NCBI GenBank assembly: GCA_963734545.1
Contig: CAVTHO010000005.1
Location: 544,001-608,000 of the forward strand
DNA: 64,000 nt
Direction of reading: 5' to 3'
Source: an uncultured Spirochaetota bacterium
Lineage (GTDB): Bacteria > Spirochaetota > Spirochaetia > SZUA-6 > Fen-1364
Shown piece after piece: positions 62,497 through 64,000 of the stretch. How positions within the stretch are numbered: position 1 is the stretch's first letter; every line of letters begins with the position of its first letter. The notes under the pieces are model-generated. The model was given only the letters and a program-made list of their open reading frames with translations. It was not told the origin of the DNA and made no database searches. Both the position numbers and the translations under genes were made by a program.

Positions 62497-63323
62497 GCCA
62501 ATTTCCTCGCGTCTGAAAGAAACTCTAAAACGTGTCCCGGGGGGCGCCGTCCGTAGCAGCCGTGCAGGATTCTCAAACCCACCCGGGCGGCCCTCGCTGC
62601 CACGCGCCTCAGGGGGACTTCCATGAAAAACGGCGGCCGTCCGAGGGCTCTCAATCTGTAGCGGTTGTCTTCACCGTTGCTCTGCATTCTGTAGCGCACG
62701 TTCATCTGATCCGGATACCTGCGTGCCAGAGACAGGACCCGGGGAATGTGCGCGATGCTGCCGCAGCGAGAGAACCTCTCCCAGAGCTCGCCGTCCATGG
62801 CCAACCGATAGTTACGATCCAGTCCTCCCGCCTGTTCATAGATGCTCCGGCGCCAGAATGTGGATGGCTGAGGTATGTAGTTGTAGGACCAGAGCCAGAT
62901 GAACCTGTGGAATCCGATCTCCTTCTTGTATCCCAGGACCCTGTCGTCTTCGTCGATCCAGACTGCGTCACCATACAGCGCAGCGACGTCTTTTTTCAGG
63001 AGAAACCATTCAGCCACCGCGCGCAGCGTCCCCGGAAGCATGAGGTCGTCGGAACAGAGCCAACCCATGATCTCTCCGGTGGACCGGCGAAACCCCTTGA
63101 TCAACGCATCCGTCTGGCCCGCGTCAGGCTCGCTGACCCACCATGCCAGATGTTCCTGGTAGCGCCGGATGATCTCCCGTGTTCCGTCCGTCGAGCCTCC
63201 GTCGACGACTATGTACTCCAGCGCGGGATAGTCCTGGGCCAGCACGGAACGTATCGCGGCATCGATGAAGCGGCACTGGTTCAGGGAGCAGGTGACAATG
63301 GAAATCTTCGGGAGCTCACGCAT
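62493..63323 (-). CDS. GT2 glycosyltransferase
   Basis: ISIVTCSLNQ, DGGSTDGT, WLCSDD, PQPSTFW. Confidence 0.92.
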   Translation of the reverse strand: MRELPKISIVTCSLNQCRFIDAAIRSVLAQDYPALEYIVVDGGSTDGTREIIRRYQEHLAWWVSEPDAGQTDALIKGFRRSTGEIMGWLCSDDLMLPGTLRAVAEWFLLKKDVAALYGDAVWIDEDDRVLGYKKEIGFHRFIWLWSYNYIPQPSTFWRRSIYEQAGGLDRNYRLAMDGELWERFSRCGSIAHIPRVLSLARRYPDQMNVRYRMQSNGEDNRYRLRALGRPPFFMEVPLRRVAARAARVGLRILHGCYGRRPPGHVLEFLSDARKLA

Positions 63324-64000
63324 GCGGCAGCACTCTCACGGCCGCGCCGGGCGTCACTGCCTGCATCCGCAGCTTCTGGACGGCCGATACCACGAGCCAG
63401 AATGTCACCGCGGTGGGGCTGGCAATGATCATTTCTTCCGACACTATGCCGACACTCAGGACGGCAAGCAAGAGCATGAAGGTGGCAAAAATCTCCGGTG
63501 ATTTTCCGGTCTGAAGAAACATTCTGAAACATGTCAGGAAGGTTCCGAGCACGATGAGCAGGAAAAGCAGTCCGCTGGGGACCCCTCCCCCGGCAAGAAC
63601 CTCGATGAAAGCGTTGTGTGCGGTGCCGATGCTGATGGCATAGTTCAGGCCATAGACGCGGGGAGCCGCGTAAAAGCCGAGCCCGATGAGGGGGGATTGT
63701 TTCAGCATGATGGGAACCAGGAATTTCCACCATGGGACCCGCTCGCTCAAAGTGGCCAGAGACCTCGGGTCCCGCACAATCCAATTCACGACCAGCGGCA
63801 GAACCCGGGACACAATGAGCACGAGCAGCAGGACCCCTACGAAGACGAGAAAGCCCCGCACCGCGGATATTCGGGGTCGTCGCATGAGCGCGAGCAGCAG
63901 AAACAGCAGCACGGAGGCGTAGGCGGAACGGGTCATCGAGAATACCAGCAGGGCGGAAAACAACAGCAGTGCCAGTGCGAACACCCATCGGCGCAGGGGA
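63316..64000 (-). CDS. O-antigen ligase/Wzy polymerase family membrane protein, 5' end outside the window
   Basis: Multi-TM; SMTRSA, LSERVPWW, PLIGLGF, AHNAFIEVLAGGG (Wzy_C-like). Confidence 0.8.
   Translation of the reverse strand, partial: PLRRWVFALALLLFSALLVFSMTRSAYASVLLFLLLALMRRPRISAVRGFLVFVGVLLLVLIVSRVLPLVVNWIVRDPRSLATLSERVPWWKFLVPIMLKQSPLIGLGFYAAPRVYGLNYAISIGTAHNAFIEVLAGGGVPSGLLFLLIVLGTFLTCFRMFLQTGKSPEIFATFMLLLAVLSVGIVSEEMIIASPTAVTFWLVVSAVQKLRMQAVTPGAAVRVLPHA

Overview
GC-rich bacterial chromosomal window with about 55 genes and no rRNA, tRNA, CRISPR or mobile element that I can support. The gene content (many ABC solute-binding proteins, an MCP, outer-membrane proteins, a sigma54 system) suggests a motile diderm, possibly Spirochaetia; this is inference only. 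In order: an ABC-2 exporter; a ROK-regulated oligosaccharide ABC operon with a GH149-type beta-1,3-glucan phosphorylase; a histidine kinase/NtrC pair with a sigma54 promoter, two sugar SBPs, ABC subunits and an MCP; an amino-acid ABC pair; O-methyltransferase/RibD-C; pepF-GNAT-ECF sigma-mgsA; a LacI-controlled myo-inositol cluster (iolB, iolI-like, ABC, iolE, iolD, two dehydrogenases); addAB; and a Wzy/Wzc-type surface polysaccharide locus. Nine apparent frameshifts, all +1, most likely reflect sequencing insertion errors. Best candidates for new biology: (1) the iol cluster lacks iolC and iolJ but includes a non-canonical transaldolase/FSA-family enzyme, suggesting kinase-free cleavage of 5-dehydro-2-deoxygluconate; (2) a half-length, single-repeat TolC-like protein sits where wza normally precedes wzc; (3) a nucleotidyltransferase-TMK-like kinase fusion lies next to three methyltransferases in the glycan locus.
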